From Octopus vulgaris (Eukaryota): DNA of 64,000 bases. Position numbers and translations under genes: made by a program. How positions within the stretch are numbered: the stretch's first letter is position 1; every line of letters starts with the position of its first letter. The DNA lies in assembly GCA_951406725.2 (NCBI GenBank), contig OX597816.1:150598001-150662000 (forward strand), read 5' to 3'. The notes under the pieces were generated by a model. It had not been told where the DNA came from, searched no databases, and worked only from the letters and a program-made list of their open reading frames with translations. This document shows, one piece after another, positions 1 to 13,396 of the stretch.

Positions 1-1680
1 AAAATTCTAAGTCCTCAACTGAATCTGTCCTTCATCAACACTTTATTATTGATTTCTTACATAGGCCCAAGGCATTTGATCAATAGAGTAGGTGAGATGT
101 TGTGACCTTCAAGCAGTTTTTGAGGCTGTAAATGAAATGATATTACTTTAATTGAAAATTGAAACTGGGTCATACATTCAGCTTTATTTCTCTTGTACCA
201 TTGAATCAATCACCCAGTTGGATTACTTAGGCCATTGAATAAAGCAAAAATAAAATGATTTCCCTTTTCCTACACCTAAAAACTATCAAGCATTTTTTCA
301 ATGATTAAATTGCTTCTCTCTTTCATATAGGTTCCATCTAATATATTTACAGTCATAAGATGCTATAGCCATCATAGCAAATAACTACATGCAAGAGTAA
401 TAATTTCCACAAACCACTATTATGTCTTGCTGATATCCGTTTTATATCATATCAAGAGTTGCTTTGATATGCAAGGGATTTAGCTGTTCTACTTAGGGAA
501 CCAAATGATTGCTTTAAAACAATAATAGAAGTAGAAACACTAAAATGTTCTACTTTGGAAAAGCATTATAACATTGTGTGCATTGATACTTCAAAGAATT
601 ACTCTGTTGACTCTGTCAAGGAATTACACAAGATTCTTTGCATTTTGTTATATTTCTGCACTAAGTATTTTGGTCAACATTTTGGATTCATCATAGTTTT
701 GACCTTTTTTTTTAATTCTATTTCCTAGAATAACTCTAACCACTCTAACCATTGATTCAATGTATAGAAAGCCAAACCAATAGATGAACCTGGCTTTAAA
801 ATTGAATACTCAACAAAATAGTGCTATTTAAAAAGAGTGTATCCATCCAATATGAAAACATTTAGTACCACCATTTAGCTACCACAGAGTTGTGTTTATC
901 TCCATCTTTTCTGGTGTTGCTATTATGGTCTTTGCTTCTATAAGGTTTATGACTATATACTACTTTTACTGAAGCTCACCTGCCTCACTTATCTCCCTTC
1001 CTTTTGTTACCCTTATTAAATTTTTGTTTCTAGTCCCAGCTCTAGAAATTTTACCCACAAGTACCTGTAAAAGCTATATGCACTACTTTTCTTCCATAGA
1101 CTAATTAAAAAAAAACTTATTCACTTTTTCCTTTTTCTTGTTTTTTTTCTTTAAATTCTATTTCTTATTAAAACAATCAATCATCCAGACAAAAATTTAT
1201 TTCCATTAAATTCAGTCTGATAACTTGTTTTCTTTTTTGCATCTAACCTTTCAGTTATTCACTTGACGCTAGTATATGCATTTTATATTTGCAACTGCTG
1301 CTGTGGCTGTATCTTTGCTGGGATATTAACATATAAATCTGAACAGAAAGCTTTCACTTGGAATAATTTTTTTTATGTTCCTCTTCTACTATCAATGTAT
1401 AGAATAACTTTTTATTATTTTCATTGGGAGGGTGGATTTTTATCTTTTTATAGAGATTTCACTATTATGTCGTTAAACAAAAATTCTTAACATTGCTTCA
1501 TCCTTTGTTGTTTCTATTATAAGTTCAACATTTACAAATCACCACCTAATTTAGTATAAAATTACCATTTACTCTTCATAGTTTACCAATTTATCTTTCC
1601 AATATTTGATAGTTTACTAGATAAATAGCTGTCATTATTGGCTTTAGTCTTCTTATCCTAACATATTATCTATGTATCTG

Positions 1681-1729
<49 letters not shown>

Positions 1730-1907
1730 GCACACATATACATGTTAAATAATTATTTCTTTTACTTGACTGTTGATGGTGAACAGAGAAATGCTCCCAG
1801 TAAGTAGAGTTTACAAAATGGTTTCAATTCCTCACTGAGCTTTTTCATTTCGGTGGAATCATTAATGACACTGAAAAATCATGAACATCATGCAATTTTT
1901 ACTTCCT

Positions 1908-2680
1908 ATCATCATCATCATTATTTAATGTCCATTTTCCATGCTAGCATGGGTTGGACGGTTTGACCGGGGTCTGGTAAGCCATGGAGGCTGCACCAGG
2001 CTCCAGTCTGATTTGGCAGTGTTTCTACAGCTGGATGCCCTTCCTAACGCCAACCACTATGTGAGTGTAGTGGGTGTTTTTTACTTGCCACCAGCACAGG
2101 GGCCAGAGCAGGCTGGCAAATGGCCATGATCGGTTGGTGCTTTTATGTGTCACCGACATGGACGCCAGTCAGGTGGCGCTGGCATCTGCCACGTTTGGAC
2201 GGTGCTTTTTATGTGTCACCATCACGGGTGTCTTAACTACAATTTCCATTTGAATTTTTATTTTGATGTTGATCTACTTGACTCAATAGGTTTCCTCAAG
2301 AACAGCGGGTCACTCTACAATCCAAGGTTAGCACAGCAGGCCATCATTTCATTTGTTGGGTCTTCGAAGTCACAGCATATCTCCAGAGGTCTCGGTCTTT
2401 CGTCATAGCCTCTGTGAGACTCAAAGCACAAAGGTCATGCATGACCACCTGGTCCCATGTCTTCCTAGGTCTACCTCTACCCCGGATTCCTTCAACAGTT
2501 TGGGAGTGGCACTTCTTCACACATCTCTCCTCATCCATCCGTAGTACATGACCATACCAACACAATCGTCTCTCCTGCACACTGCATCCAATGCTTCTTA
2601 TGCCCAACATTTCTCACAGGGCGCTTACACTCTATCATGCATGGACACTGACATTACACATCCAGTGGATCATGCTAGAA
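1908..2680 (-). mobile_element. RTE-clade LINE, 5'-truncated 3' fragment with (GAT)n tail
   Basis: ORF 2344-2610 (RRLCWYGHVLRMDEERCVKK...GRGRPRKTW) is the typical RTE ORF C-terminus. It is followed by a 3' UTR ending ...CCCATGCTAGCATGGAAAA...(GAT)n. Confidence 0.9.
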
Positions 2681-3467
2681 ACAATTTCTGCACCCCGTTT
2701 ACATCTAAGGTCTTGTATACTAAATCAAACCAAAAAGATAAAGAATAAGTATTTATCACATCCATTAGTACAAAACAGTGAATGTCTGTACTTTTGATAA
2801 TCAGCCATATACATCAAAGAATTGTCAGACCTAATTAATTTATAGGAAATTGGTGTTAGTATGACATCAGCAGTGTAAGTGAAATAAAAAAGTTGTACAA
2901 TTTGGAATGAAAACCAAGCTGGGATAAGAGACAAGCTTCTGAGAAGAATACTTCCAACTCACCATGACATAACCAATTTGTAAAAATAATCATCACAGCT
3001 TCAGTTCATGAATATTATATCAATGAATGTTAGAAACTATAATTCTGTTATTTCCAAAAAGTTAGAAACCAATATTATGTCAATGAGAATTCCATCATGT
3101 TTTGTATGTATGTCCATCTTACAGTGTCTGTGTTTTCTCTTAGATTCAGTATTCATTTTATTGAAGGTAGTGAACTGATAGAAATGGTTGAGGACCAGAG
3201 AAGATTACTTGCACAGTTTATTTTCATTTCATTATGTCCTTGAGTTCAAATCTAACCTGGATCGACTTTGCCATTCATTCCTCATGAATCAATATAGTAA
3301 ATTCCAAACATGTGAGGATAAATTCTGTTGGCTGTATCCCACTTCCACTAATAAACATATGGCTTTGTACTGATGTAAGAAATTCTTAATTTTATTTGAC
3401 TAGCACTGGTCTTTTTTCAACCATTCTATGTATGCTTGCTTTTGAATAATATAATTTCATTTTCTTT

Positions 3468-4830
3468 TATCATCATTATCATCATTTAGCATTCATTTTC
3501 CATGTTGGCATGGGTTGGACAGTTCAGCAGGAACTGGCAAGTCAGAAGACTGCATCAATCTCTGATATCTGCTTTGGTATGGTTTCTATGGCTGGATGCC
3601 CTTCTTAATGCCAACCACTTTACAGAGTGTATTGCATGCTGTTTATGTGGCACCAGCACCAGTGAGGTTGCCAAGTAACTTGCAAGACAAGTCTCTGCAA
3701 CTAAGGTGGGGAGTAATATTGAGGGAGAGAAAAAGGACTTTTACAATAGAAGGGAAACATGGCTACCTCAGATGGGAAGAGAGTGGAAAGAGAGAGAGAA
3801 GAGTAAGAGAGAGGAGAGAGAAAAGATGATGAAGATGTAATAGGGTGGCAATTTACCCAAGATACAGCAAGGTGTATATAATGAAGTGGAGCCAAGACTG
3901 GAGAGAGCAAGTGGGTTGCTGAGTTCAAGAGATTGCAAAAGGAGAGTGGTAGATAGAGTGAGGGAATGTAATGAGTGAGCACAAGTAGAGGGAGGGGATA
4001 TTAGGAAGATATAATGTAAGGAAGAGATACCACAGGGACTTATTATGTGGAGGTAGGTACATGAGGAAGAGTGAAGGAGGATAGAGCAGAGGGGTGGGGA
4101 GGGAGCTGTGGGAGAGATTTGTTTGGGAGGCAGACTGTGTGCAGGAGAGGAAGGGCATGGACATAAAGGACATGCCTTTATGACCTCGATTTTACTTAGC
4201 TGGACATGTTTTCTGAAGCACAGCAAATTACCAATTGTCTCAGTCCTTTGTCCTCTCCTCTGTGAGACTCAACATTTGAAGATCATTTCTCATCACTTCA
4301 TTTTCCATGGCTTCCTGGGTCTTCCACTTCCACAGGTTTCCTCCACATTTAGAAATCAGTACTTCTTTATGCAGCTGTCCACATCCATGTACATCACATG
4401 ACCATACAAGTGCAGCTTTCTCTCTTTCACACTACATTTGATTCCTCTTATGCCTGATTTTTCTCTGAAAACATTTATATTTGTCATACATGCAAACTAA
4501 CATTGTACATCCAATAGAGCATGTTAGCTTCATTCCTTTCAAGCTTTTACATGTCCTCTGCAGTCACAACCCGCGTTTCACTATAATATAGTATAACTGA
4601 CCTTACACAGGCATCCTACAATCTGCCTTTCATGTTTAGAGAGAAGCTCTTTGCTACCAACAAAGGTAATAGCTATCTGAACTTTGCCCAGCCAATTCAG
4701 ATAGCTGGGCAAAGTTCAGATAGCTTTCAGAACAACCTCCTCTGCTACTAATTTGATCATCTACGTAATGGAAACTATGTGCTACATCTAAGGATCTCCT
4801 GGATATTTGAGGAAGTTTGAAATTACTTTA
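3468..4830 (-). mobile_element. Old RTE LINE 3' fragment with purine-rich block
   Basis: Same 3' tail as 1908-2080 at 3468-3660. Region 4170-4830 aligns by eye with 2370-2680 (degenerate ORF C-terminus). Confidence 0.8.
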
Positions 4831-6761
4831 TCTTACATATAATCTGTTCTTGCCACTAGCTACAGGAATAATGTTCACATAAAAAGCACAGTCAATTACT
4901 TCAACCTTAAAATATTACTAATACTTAACTTTTTGGTTCTGGAAGAATGTAAGTCAACCCTAGTCAGGTTTGAAGTCAAAACATAAAGTGATAAATTCAG
5001 ACATTAAATTTGCTGTTCTTCTCTCTTCAATCAATTCACTTCTGTCAGCTCCAAAGATTCATTTATTTGTATAGCTGTTAATTAAATCACTTACTTGAGC
5101 AATTATACAAGGTTATTTGAGAAAAAACACCTAACAACCTAACAAATTGGTATCAGATTTCATAGGATCACAAACATTGAGACAAGAGATGAGATAATTT
5201 TTCATATACTAAATATTAAGTTTCCTGGCAAATACATGAAGTAATGAAAAATTAGACAAGTTAGAGGATATTGCAATATGCAATGTTATGCAGAAGGAGA
5301 ACATATTTCATCTATGCCTATTTTGCTCAATTACTCACATTAAAAGCAAACATATTAGATTGTTCTCTTATATTTTGACATATTCTTACGTTTCTATGCT
5401 TTTTGTAAAATGGAGCTAAATCACCATAGAAAATCTAATAATCAATAAATAATTATGCACAATCCAGCGTGTAATAGAAAATCTAAGATAAATTCAAAGT
5501 AAACTACAAATTATTTAATTCTCACCACCAACAAATGCATGATAGGTAAATCAGTCTTTGCCAATATAGCAAAATTCTAGTTTATAATAAGTTTAAATAG
5601 AAATTTGTGGTAAGCATTCTGTGTATGCAGGGAATGAGGGAATACATATCTTCTGATGAGGCAATCTCCTTTATTTTTCCAGCATATGAAGAGAATAGCA
5701 AGATGTATGCAAATCCTTAAATTTCTACTGTGCAAGGTTTGGCATCTTTAGTTTGACTACTTCCAGTTTGTCTTAGGCTTCCTAATACAAGCTGTGTTAT
5801 GTATGTATGTGAATGTGTGTGTGTGCATGCATATGTGCATGGATGCACTCACTTTATTTTGCTGCCCATCCTTTTAAATTGCTTTAACAGAATCTATAAT
5901 GTTTTCACTATTATGGATTCAGGCAGCAGCTTTGAAATTGAAAGTTAGCTAATGAACTACAGTGTTTAAAGATAACATGGCTGTATGTTGCAACCATCTT
6001 GTAAACAGATATGAATTTGAAATTGTTAAGGTGAAATTTATAAGAATCAGTACAGACAAACATTAAATTACTTTGTTTGTGTTTATATTCTTCCTTATCA
6101 GTCAGCTTTGTTATCAAAAGTATCAACAGATTTCAGAATCTACTTAGTTTAATCATTGAAAAACCATAGAGTGAAGTTATAGGATAAGAAATAATTAGTG
6201 AGGAATGAAATAGGATTTGTTGTTATTGATCTCAAGGTCAGCTTTGATCCATGATGAAAGGCATTCCAACTGTGATCAACCTGTTTCTCTTAAAACATAT
6301 TGTATCTAGAACTACATTATCCAATCTGTTCTTCCTTTAGCAGGTGATGATGTAAATTTGAGAGACAAGGTGTGCAACATTGAGATTATCTGTATATCAG
6401 AAGTAACTGATAATCTATATATGTATACATATATACATATGTATGTATGTATGAGAACACGAACTTTGCTTGTACTGATATGTAATACATGCTTGATGAA
6501 GAATTGTTGCAAGTAAACAATAGAGAGTTGATGAGAAAAAAATGCATTGAATTAAAACATGGGCAGAAGTAATTACAATAAAGTTTGCAAGGTTTTTCAT
6601 GTGAGAAAATGTAAGATCAAAGAGTATGAAAATGTATTAAAGATCTGTCCAACCCAGAGTTGCTTGATAAAGCACTAATTAAATTATTAATGATAAAGAG
6701 TTCTTCTACACTTTCTTCTTTCTCACCTCAGTGTTTTTTTTTTATTTTTCCAACACCCAGC

Positions 6762-6856
6762 TTTCTTCTTCTTCTTCTTCTTCTTTTTCTTCTTCTTTTT
6801 CTTCTTCTTCTTCTTCTTCTTCTCCTCCTCCTCCTCCTCCTCCTCCTCCTCCTCAG
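6762..6856. repeat. (CTT)n/(CCT)n compound microsatellite
   Basis: Direct reading. Confidence 0.95.
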
Positions 6857-7046
6857 CAATTATGTATGTGTGTGTTTGTGTATATTTTTTATGCTTTTGT
6901 GTGTGTGTGTTTGTGTATATATATTTATGTTTGTGTGTGTGTGTTTGTGTACATATTTTTTTTTCTCTAGTTTCAGCTCAGAGCTGCGGCCATGCTGATG
7001 CACCGCCATTATGTTTGTGTGTGCGTTTGTGTATGTGTTTATGTAG

Positions 7047-7150
7047 AAGCATGGTTGTGTCGTTAAGAAGTTTATTTCCCAATCACATGGTTTTGGGTTC
7101 AGCCCCACTCTGTGATATTTTGAGCAAGTGTTTTCTACCATTGCTCTTGG
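7047..7150 (+). mobile_element. Degenerate tRNA-headed CORE-like SINE 5' part
   Basis: Box A/B-like head followed by TTTTGAGCAAGTGTTTTCTAC. Homologous to 9905-10060. Confidence 0.7.
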
Positions 7151-9035
7151 ACATGTTTCGCTCTTATTAGACTTTCTCAGTACCTCAATAAAGTACATCA
7201 TACTCAGTTGGCAAGAGGAAGAGTGGTTAAAATATATGTACAGAAGTAGAGGGGCTGTTGAGATGCTGGTTATGAATATAAATATTATGGTTGATGTAAA
7301 GTTCCTCAGGAGAGTGTTTATTAAATACAAATAATATGGTAGTTTCTTATTCTTCCCTCTAACATAGCCTTTCTTTCCCTTTCATATACCACATGCACAT
7401 GCATGCATGCAAACACACACATGCACACACACTCCCTGACTCACACTAATTGTTTAGGTCAGTCCAGTTGTCAATCAATAAACACCACACAATGATTATT
7501 GTTTAAAGCCATCACTTCACTATTGAAAACGTGGTCGATACATTCACCTCTTGAGCTTTTACACTGTAATTATCTTCAACAATATGCACAATAACTTAGC
7601 ACAAACGTTACAGTAAACACATTTCCCTTCTGTATTCAGTTGTGAAATGAACACATTTTGATCAACTTTTTGAACATACTGCTGCTATAATTGTTAATCT
7701 GTGTCTATGTAATTCTGTCTAATTATAATGAGTTTCTTCATTTTATGTCAGTAACCTGCTTGGTCGTAGAAGCAAAGTAGAAGCATTATCTTTTCATACA
7801 GTGAATATTTTTCTTTGGTAAATCAGTGTGAGGAGCATCACCACTCTCACTAATCTGTAAACTTTTAAACTCATTGCTATAGACTAACAGACTGCTCTTT
7901 GGATATAGAGTTCAGCAAGGTAGAGATGTAAAATAACATAGCTGAGTGAATAGAGTATTGGACTCCTCATCAACTGAAATTCACATTTTGTTTTTGTTAT
8001 TTTTGTGTGGTTTAGCTTTCTTCAAATACTCCTATGATCAAAGCATTTCAGTAATGATTAACTTTTGTTTAAATCAGTTGGTCCAGATATGAGAGAGATT
8101 TATCTGCTATTCCTAACAAGATAAAATTATCATGTAGACATTCCCCCATTTACTCAAAAGGGATTTTGTTGTGTTTCTGGGCAAGACATTTTATTCTGCA
8201 TTACCTATTTCACTTAACTGACAGGAGTATATACCATATCAACTGGGAATATTACTTGCAATACATCAGCAATCTATCTAGGGAGGTATTTATCTCTCAA
8301 CTACTTCACAATATGTGACTAGTAACTTGGGCACCAGTTCAAAATTTACCCTTGGAACATAGGGAACGTTTAAATACATATTAAACTTACCACAGTCATC
8401 TGAACTGTTTAAATGTAATTTGCCTTTTGAACAGATCTTTGAAGATTTTCTTCAAGTAGGGTATTTAAGATAAATCAGCCTCACACAATTCTCTCTACTA
8501 AAGTGTAGTATTCTTATGTGTACTAAGCTATACACATAGGAGCACTGCACTCTAGCAAAATACTCATCAATTATCGTTTACTCCTGTAAGCAAATAAACT
8601 CTGTTATGTCTTGTTATATGTTAAGTCAGTAGGCTCCATCTTTATGATCACAGAAATATTTGAATGAAGCACTGCAAGCTAATAAAAGACTTATCAAAAA
8701 TACATTCCTTATGCAGTAAGCTATGCTTCTCCATAGTACCTACTTATTATTGGGAAACATAAATTGGTTTACCATGAGGATGCAGAAAAGTCTAATGTTT
8801 CAAGCAGTGCATATTTATATCATGGGACTCTAGACCATCCAAATAAATATTTTTACTGGGAACACTGAGATAATTAGTTACTCATTACTAACATTTATAG
8901 TGAAAATTGCTACTACTATCATCATTGCAATCATGTAACAACCACATCAGTGTTGCTTAACCAACCTTTTAACTTGTAAACTATCAATTCAACCAATTGA
9001 CACTGAGTTATAGTGACTCCACTGTAGACTTCACA

Positions 9036-9100
<65 letters not shown>

Positions 9101-9184
9101 ACATGCATATATATATATATTTATATATACACACTATGAAGTTGCAATATTTTCACCAATTTCCCAGTCATGCTCTTTATCTAC

Positions 9185-9650
9185 TATGCTGCTGTCAACT
9201 TTAATAGCTGGTTCTTTGTGGGGCTAGCATGAAGTAGCCCCTCTTTAACCTCTCTATTCAGCAGATTCGCATCATAACACTTCCACACCACTTTCTTCTC
9301 TTCTATATTGATGGCAAATATACTTTCATCATTCCAGATTTTCTTCTCACCAATGATATCTCGGTTCTCTTTCACACGATGTCTCACAGTCTGTAACATT
9401 TCATGCCTCTGATCTTCACATTGCAAGACATGTGTAAATTTCTTCATTTCTGCTTCACCCTTTGCCAGATATATCTGTCAACTAATTACCCTTCTGCCAT
9501 TTGGTGATGCTCCCTACTACCATCTTCCTTCAGGTTTTCCAAGCCTGTCTCTTAGCCTTTACTGCCCTCTCAACCATACCATTCCACCATCATGTTACTT
9601 CCTTCAGCTAGCACTTTGCTCCAGTCACATGTGTAATCTGTAGTTACAGC
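9185..9650 (-). mobile_element. RTE LINE internal fragment (endonuclease-RT linker)
   Basis: ORF KKFTHVLQCEDQRHEMLQTVRHRVKENRDIIGEK matches KKKFAIVLCHEDQRLEIFRVARQCV of the copy at 48876-49172. Confidence 0.8.
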
Positions 9651-9723
9651 AAGTTATTTTGTAGAAATTCTCCATTTTCTTCTATGCATTTTACATGTAT
9701 ATATATGTAAATGTATGTATGTA

Positions 9724-9777
<54 letters not shown>

Positions 9778-9904
9778 TTCTCTCTCTTTCTCTCACACAC
9801 ACATACATGTATTTTAATTAGCAGTAGGTTATAAAAGCCAAGTTTTATGCACAACACTTAACAAAGTTGGTAAATGCCACATACCAAAACTATGTATGTA
9901 TATA

Positions 9905-10540
9905 TGTGCGTGACTGTGTGGTAAGAAGCTTGCTTCCCAACCACGTGGCTCTAGGTTCAGTCCCCCTGTGTGGTACTTTGAACAAGTGTCTTTTACTATT
10001 GCCTTAAACTAACCAAACCTTCAAGTGGATTTGGTAAACAAAAACCAAATGAAGCCTTTTTTTGTGTATGTGCACACACACACACCTCTCTCTCTCTCTC
10101 TCTCTCTCTCTCCCTATATATATATATATATACACATATATATATCATCATCATCTTCATCATCATCATTTAACATCCACTTTCCATGCTGGCATGGCTT
10201 GGACGGTTTGACTGCAGACTAGCAAGCCAGATGGCTATACCAGGCTCCAATCTGATCTGGAAGAGTTTCTACAGCTGGATGCCCTTCTTAATGCCAACCA
10301 CTCCGAGAGTGTATATATGTATATATATGTATATGCATATGTGTGCATATTATTGTCTCCTTGCCTTGACATTGTATGGTTGTTGTAAATGAGCATCACC
10401 ATCATGCAGTTAGTGTCCTTCATTTATAATATTCTATGAATACATGTCTTGTTGTGGAGAAATATTACCTTACTTGGAAACAGGTGAGGATTGGTGGCAG
10501 GAAAGGCATCTAGCCATAGAAAACCTGCTACAACAAAATA
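9905..10540 (+). mobile_element. CORE-like SINE with RTE-type tail, interrupted by microsatellites and an inverted RTE tail
   Basis: Head GTGACTGTGTGGTAAGAAGCTTGCTTCCCAACCAC...GGTTCAGTCCC. The 3' part ends GGAAAGGCATCTAGCCATAGAAAAC, similar to the RTE tail GGAAGGGCATCCAGCTGTAGAAAC. Confidence 0.75.
10145..10310 (-). mobile_element. RTE 3' tail fragment
   Basis: (CAT)n followed by TTTAACATCCACTTTCCATGCTGGCATGG..., the same as 1908-2070. Confidence 0.85.
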
Positions 10541-10831
10541 TATATATATATACATGTCATTATTTATTTTTGTATATGTTATATTATTTATTTTATATTA
10601 TTTATTTTTGTATATGTTAAACTTAAATATTGACTTGGATAGTCATGACAAATCGTTAGAATAAAAAAGCCAGCACCAAGTAAAACTTAAACCCACATCA
10701 CATGGAAAGCAATTTGGTACTTTTGCTAATTGTGTTATTATCTTTCAAGTAATTTTTGCATCAAATATATTACCATAAATATCTACCAGTTATTTATCTT
10801 TTTAAATATTTTCATTTATTCATATTTACAG

Positions 10832-10959
10832 ATCAGCCTCACCATACAATGGCTTTATGATACTCAATCGCCTTGAACCAAATAATCTTATTGAACCAAT
10901 CACCAAGGATTTAGAGTTTCAGCTTCATGATCCATTTTTGCTTTACCGGACTGCTAATG
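10832..10959 (+). CDS. DCP1: DCP1 internal exon A (EVH1 domain)
   Basis: tttacag|ATC...AATG|gtatgt, 128 nt. Translates (R)SASPYNGFMILNRLEPNNLIEPITKDLEFQLHDPFLLYRTAN, closely matching the recalled metazoan DCP1 EVH1 segment RSASPYHGFTIVNRLNMHNLVEPVNKDLEFQLHEPFLLYRNA. Confidence 0.97.
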
Positions 10960-13262
10960 GTATGTTCTATCTTCATTTTTAGTTGCTCATACTTATACTA
11001 ACTGCTGAACCTATGGTAAATTAACTCTACTGTTTGACTGAATGCTTTGACCATTGGATGGATTACTTAATATGGCAATCAACTGCACTGACTTTTGAAT
11101 GCCTTGTAATTTTATGTACTTGCAGGCTGAATGGTCGGGTGATTGACTTAACTTAATAGTGAATGCTGTAACGATTTATTGAACTGGCTGCTGAATGCTA
11201 GGGCAATTGCTGAACTGGCTACTGAATGTTACACTTGGCTAGACCAGTCGTTAAATACTCTATTATTCTTGTTATTGTTTAGCCCAGATCAAGGAGACCT
11301 ATAATGAAAGACATTCCAGCCATGAACATCTGGCCTTTGTTTTTATCAAAACTGTATTTAGGACAATATCCTCCATTATTTCCCTCTTTTGTTTGTTTGT
11401 TTTAAGACAATAAGGTGTGATTTGATGAAAACGATAAGGTGAGAATTGTGGTTGAATGACCATGTAAAGGCTCTCTCATGGGCTTGTTAAATGCCTTGTT
11501 ATTTGTAATGGCAGCATTAGTAGGAGGGGCTTCTTTGGCAAACAAATGATAGCTTCATAATAGAAATGTTGGAAATTTAACAGATTTTCATTTGATAGAT
11601 ATTTCGTTGTTATACATTTTAATAGGCCTATTTATTACCTTTATTATAGCTATTCTGTATCTCATGAACTATCAGTTTTATATCTTAAATAATCTGCTTT
11701 GGGTGGATAAAACTGCCAATATTTCAAAAGCTAGAAATTTCACAAAAACATATTTTCTCTGCAAGATAGTAAATGTGGGATCAATATATGAGACTGATAA
11801 TCTGTTTGACTTGAAGTTAACAGATAAGTTATAGATTTTGATAAAATATTTTGAGCATTCTGCATATGTACATACAGTGACCCAAATCCAATACAGATCA
11901 AAGATTGTAAGCCAATGTTGTTTCTTGACATTTTAAAAGTAAACTATATGATACAAATTTTATCACATACGCCTTATATTTGGCACTCAACTATTGCATG
12001 ATGCTTTCCAATTTTTACAAATAAAAAAAGAAAATTGTAGGGTCCATATCTTTGTGCATGTATACTATAAGCTTGCCGCTAATTAAATCTGTCTGTTTAC
12101 AATTCCATCTGTAGCTGTTTCAATTTACTTGCACTGCTAATGCCATTAGGAAATACATGTATTTTACAGTTTCTGTTTCCCTGAAGTTAGAAAGTCAAAT
12201 CAGGTGTTGATAAATAATATATCTGATCATGAAAAGTCAAGCAATTGACTCTATTGCAGTGGCATATATATAACTAGATTTCTCTTGGCTTAGAATAACA
12301 ATTTCCGTTTGATTCAGTGATTCCTCCATATGTTGATGTCTTTGATAACTGAGTGGAAAAGGGGAGGGTTTTGTTGTTGTATCTTGCATTCTTTATGTTT
12401 TTGGGGTTTTCTTTTTTTCAACTTATTCATTTGAACTTTAAAATGTCCTTTCTGCTGTTAGAATGATACCAGTCAATGTGATTCTGAACTTCATTTTCCT
12501 ATGTCTCAATTGTCAATTACAGCCATTTTGTCTCAATTACAGCCATTTTGAAAATTGACTTTAGTTGGTCTTTGTAATTGTGGAAAGGACATCCTTGATA
12601 TCTTATTTTTCTTGGTAGTTAATTCACTGAAAAGGATTTGATGAAGAAATCTGTCTTCTTTCATTCTAGCCACATGTACTAATCATAGTATCTGGTGTTT
12701 TATTATGACTGATTTTATGTTTTGACTGTTAGCTTTTTCTTGGACAGCATTGTTGATTATGTAGTCTTCACCTTTGATATTTAAGATGGTCTGGAATTTT
12801 TGTTGATGGATACACTCCAGCTTTTTGGTGTTCCAATCATAAAGTGTTTGTTTCACAACCATAAATTAATGTTGAGATGATTTTTGAGTTATATGTTCAT
12901 TCTTAAATAATTGTTTTGCTAGTTTATTGACTGATCCAATTTTCCATTCCACATCCTTTTTAAAGTACATTTGTTGAAAAGAAGATCTCCACTTTCTATA
13001 TATATAAGTGTGTGTGTCTCTTTGTGTTTATCACTTCCTTTGCTTAATGACCTATGTTGGTTTAATCATGTCTCTGTAACTTAATGGTTCATACACACAC
13101 ACAAGTAAGCACATAGATGCAAAACAAGGTAGAAAAATACTACTTGAATACCAAAGATAGAGTAGTATACTATTTTTAAAAAAAAAACAAAAACAAATCT
13201 TGTACATATATGTATATTTATGTATATATGCACTCACACATACATTTGGTGCAATTTAAAAT

Positions 13263-13315
<53 letters not shown>

Positions 13316-13342
13316 TCACTCACTCACTCACACACACACACA

Positions 13343-13396
<54 letters not shown>

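Noticed and set aside
5653-5680. CTGATGAG motif (also CTGATGA at 37901 and 57662)
   Set aside because: No correctly placed GAAA or stems. The 57662 site is mariner coding sequence.
1-10831. Expected short upstream DCP1 exon (EKTxxEGTLFVY)
   Set aside because: Not found by eye. It is probably upstream of the window, though a missed small exon cannot be excluded.
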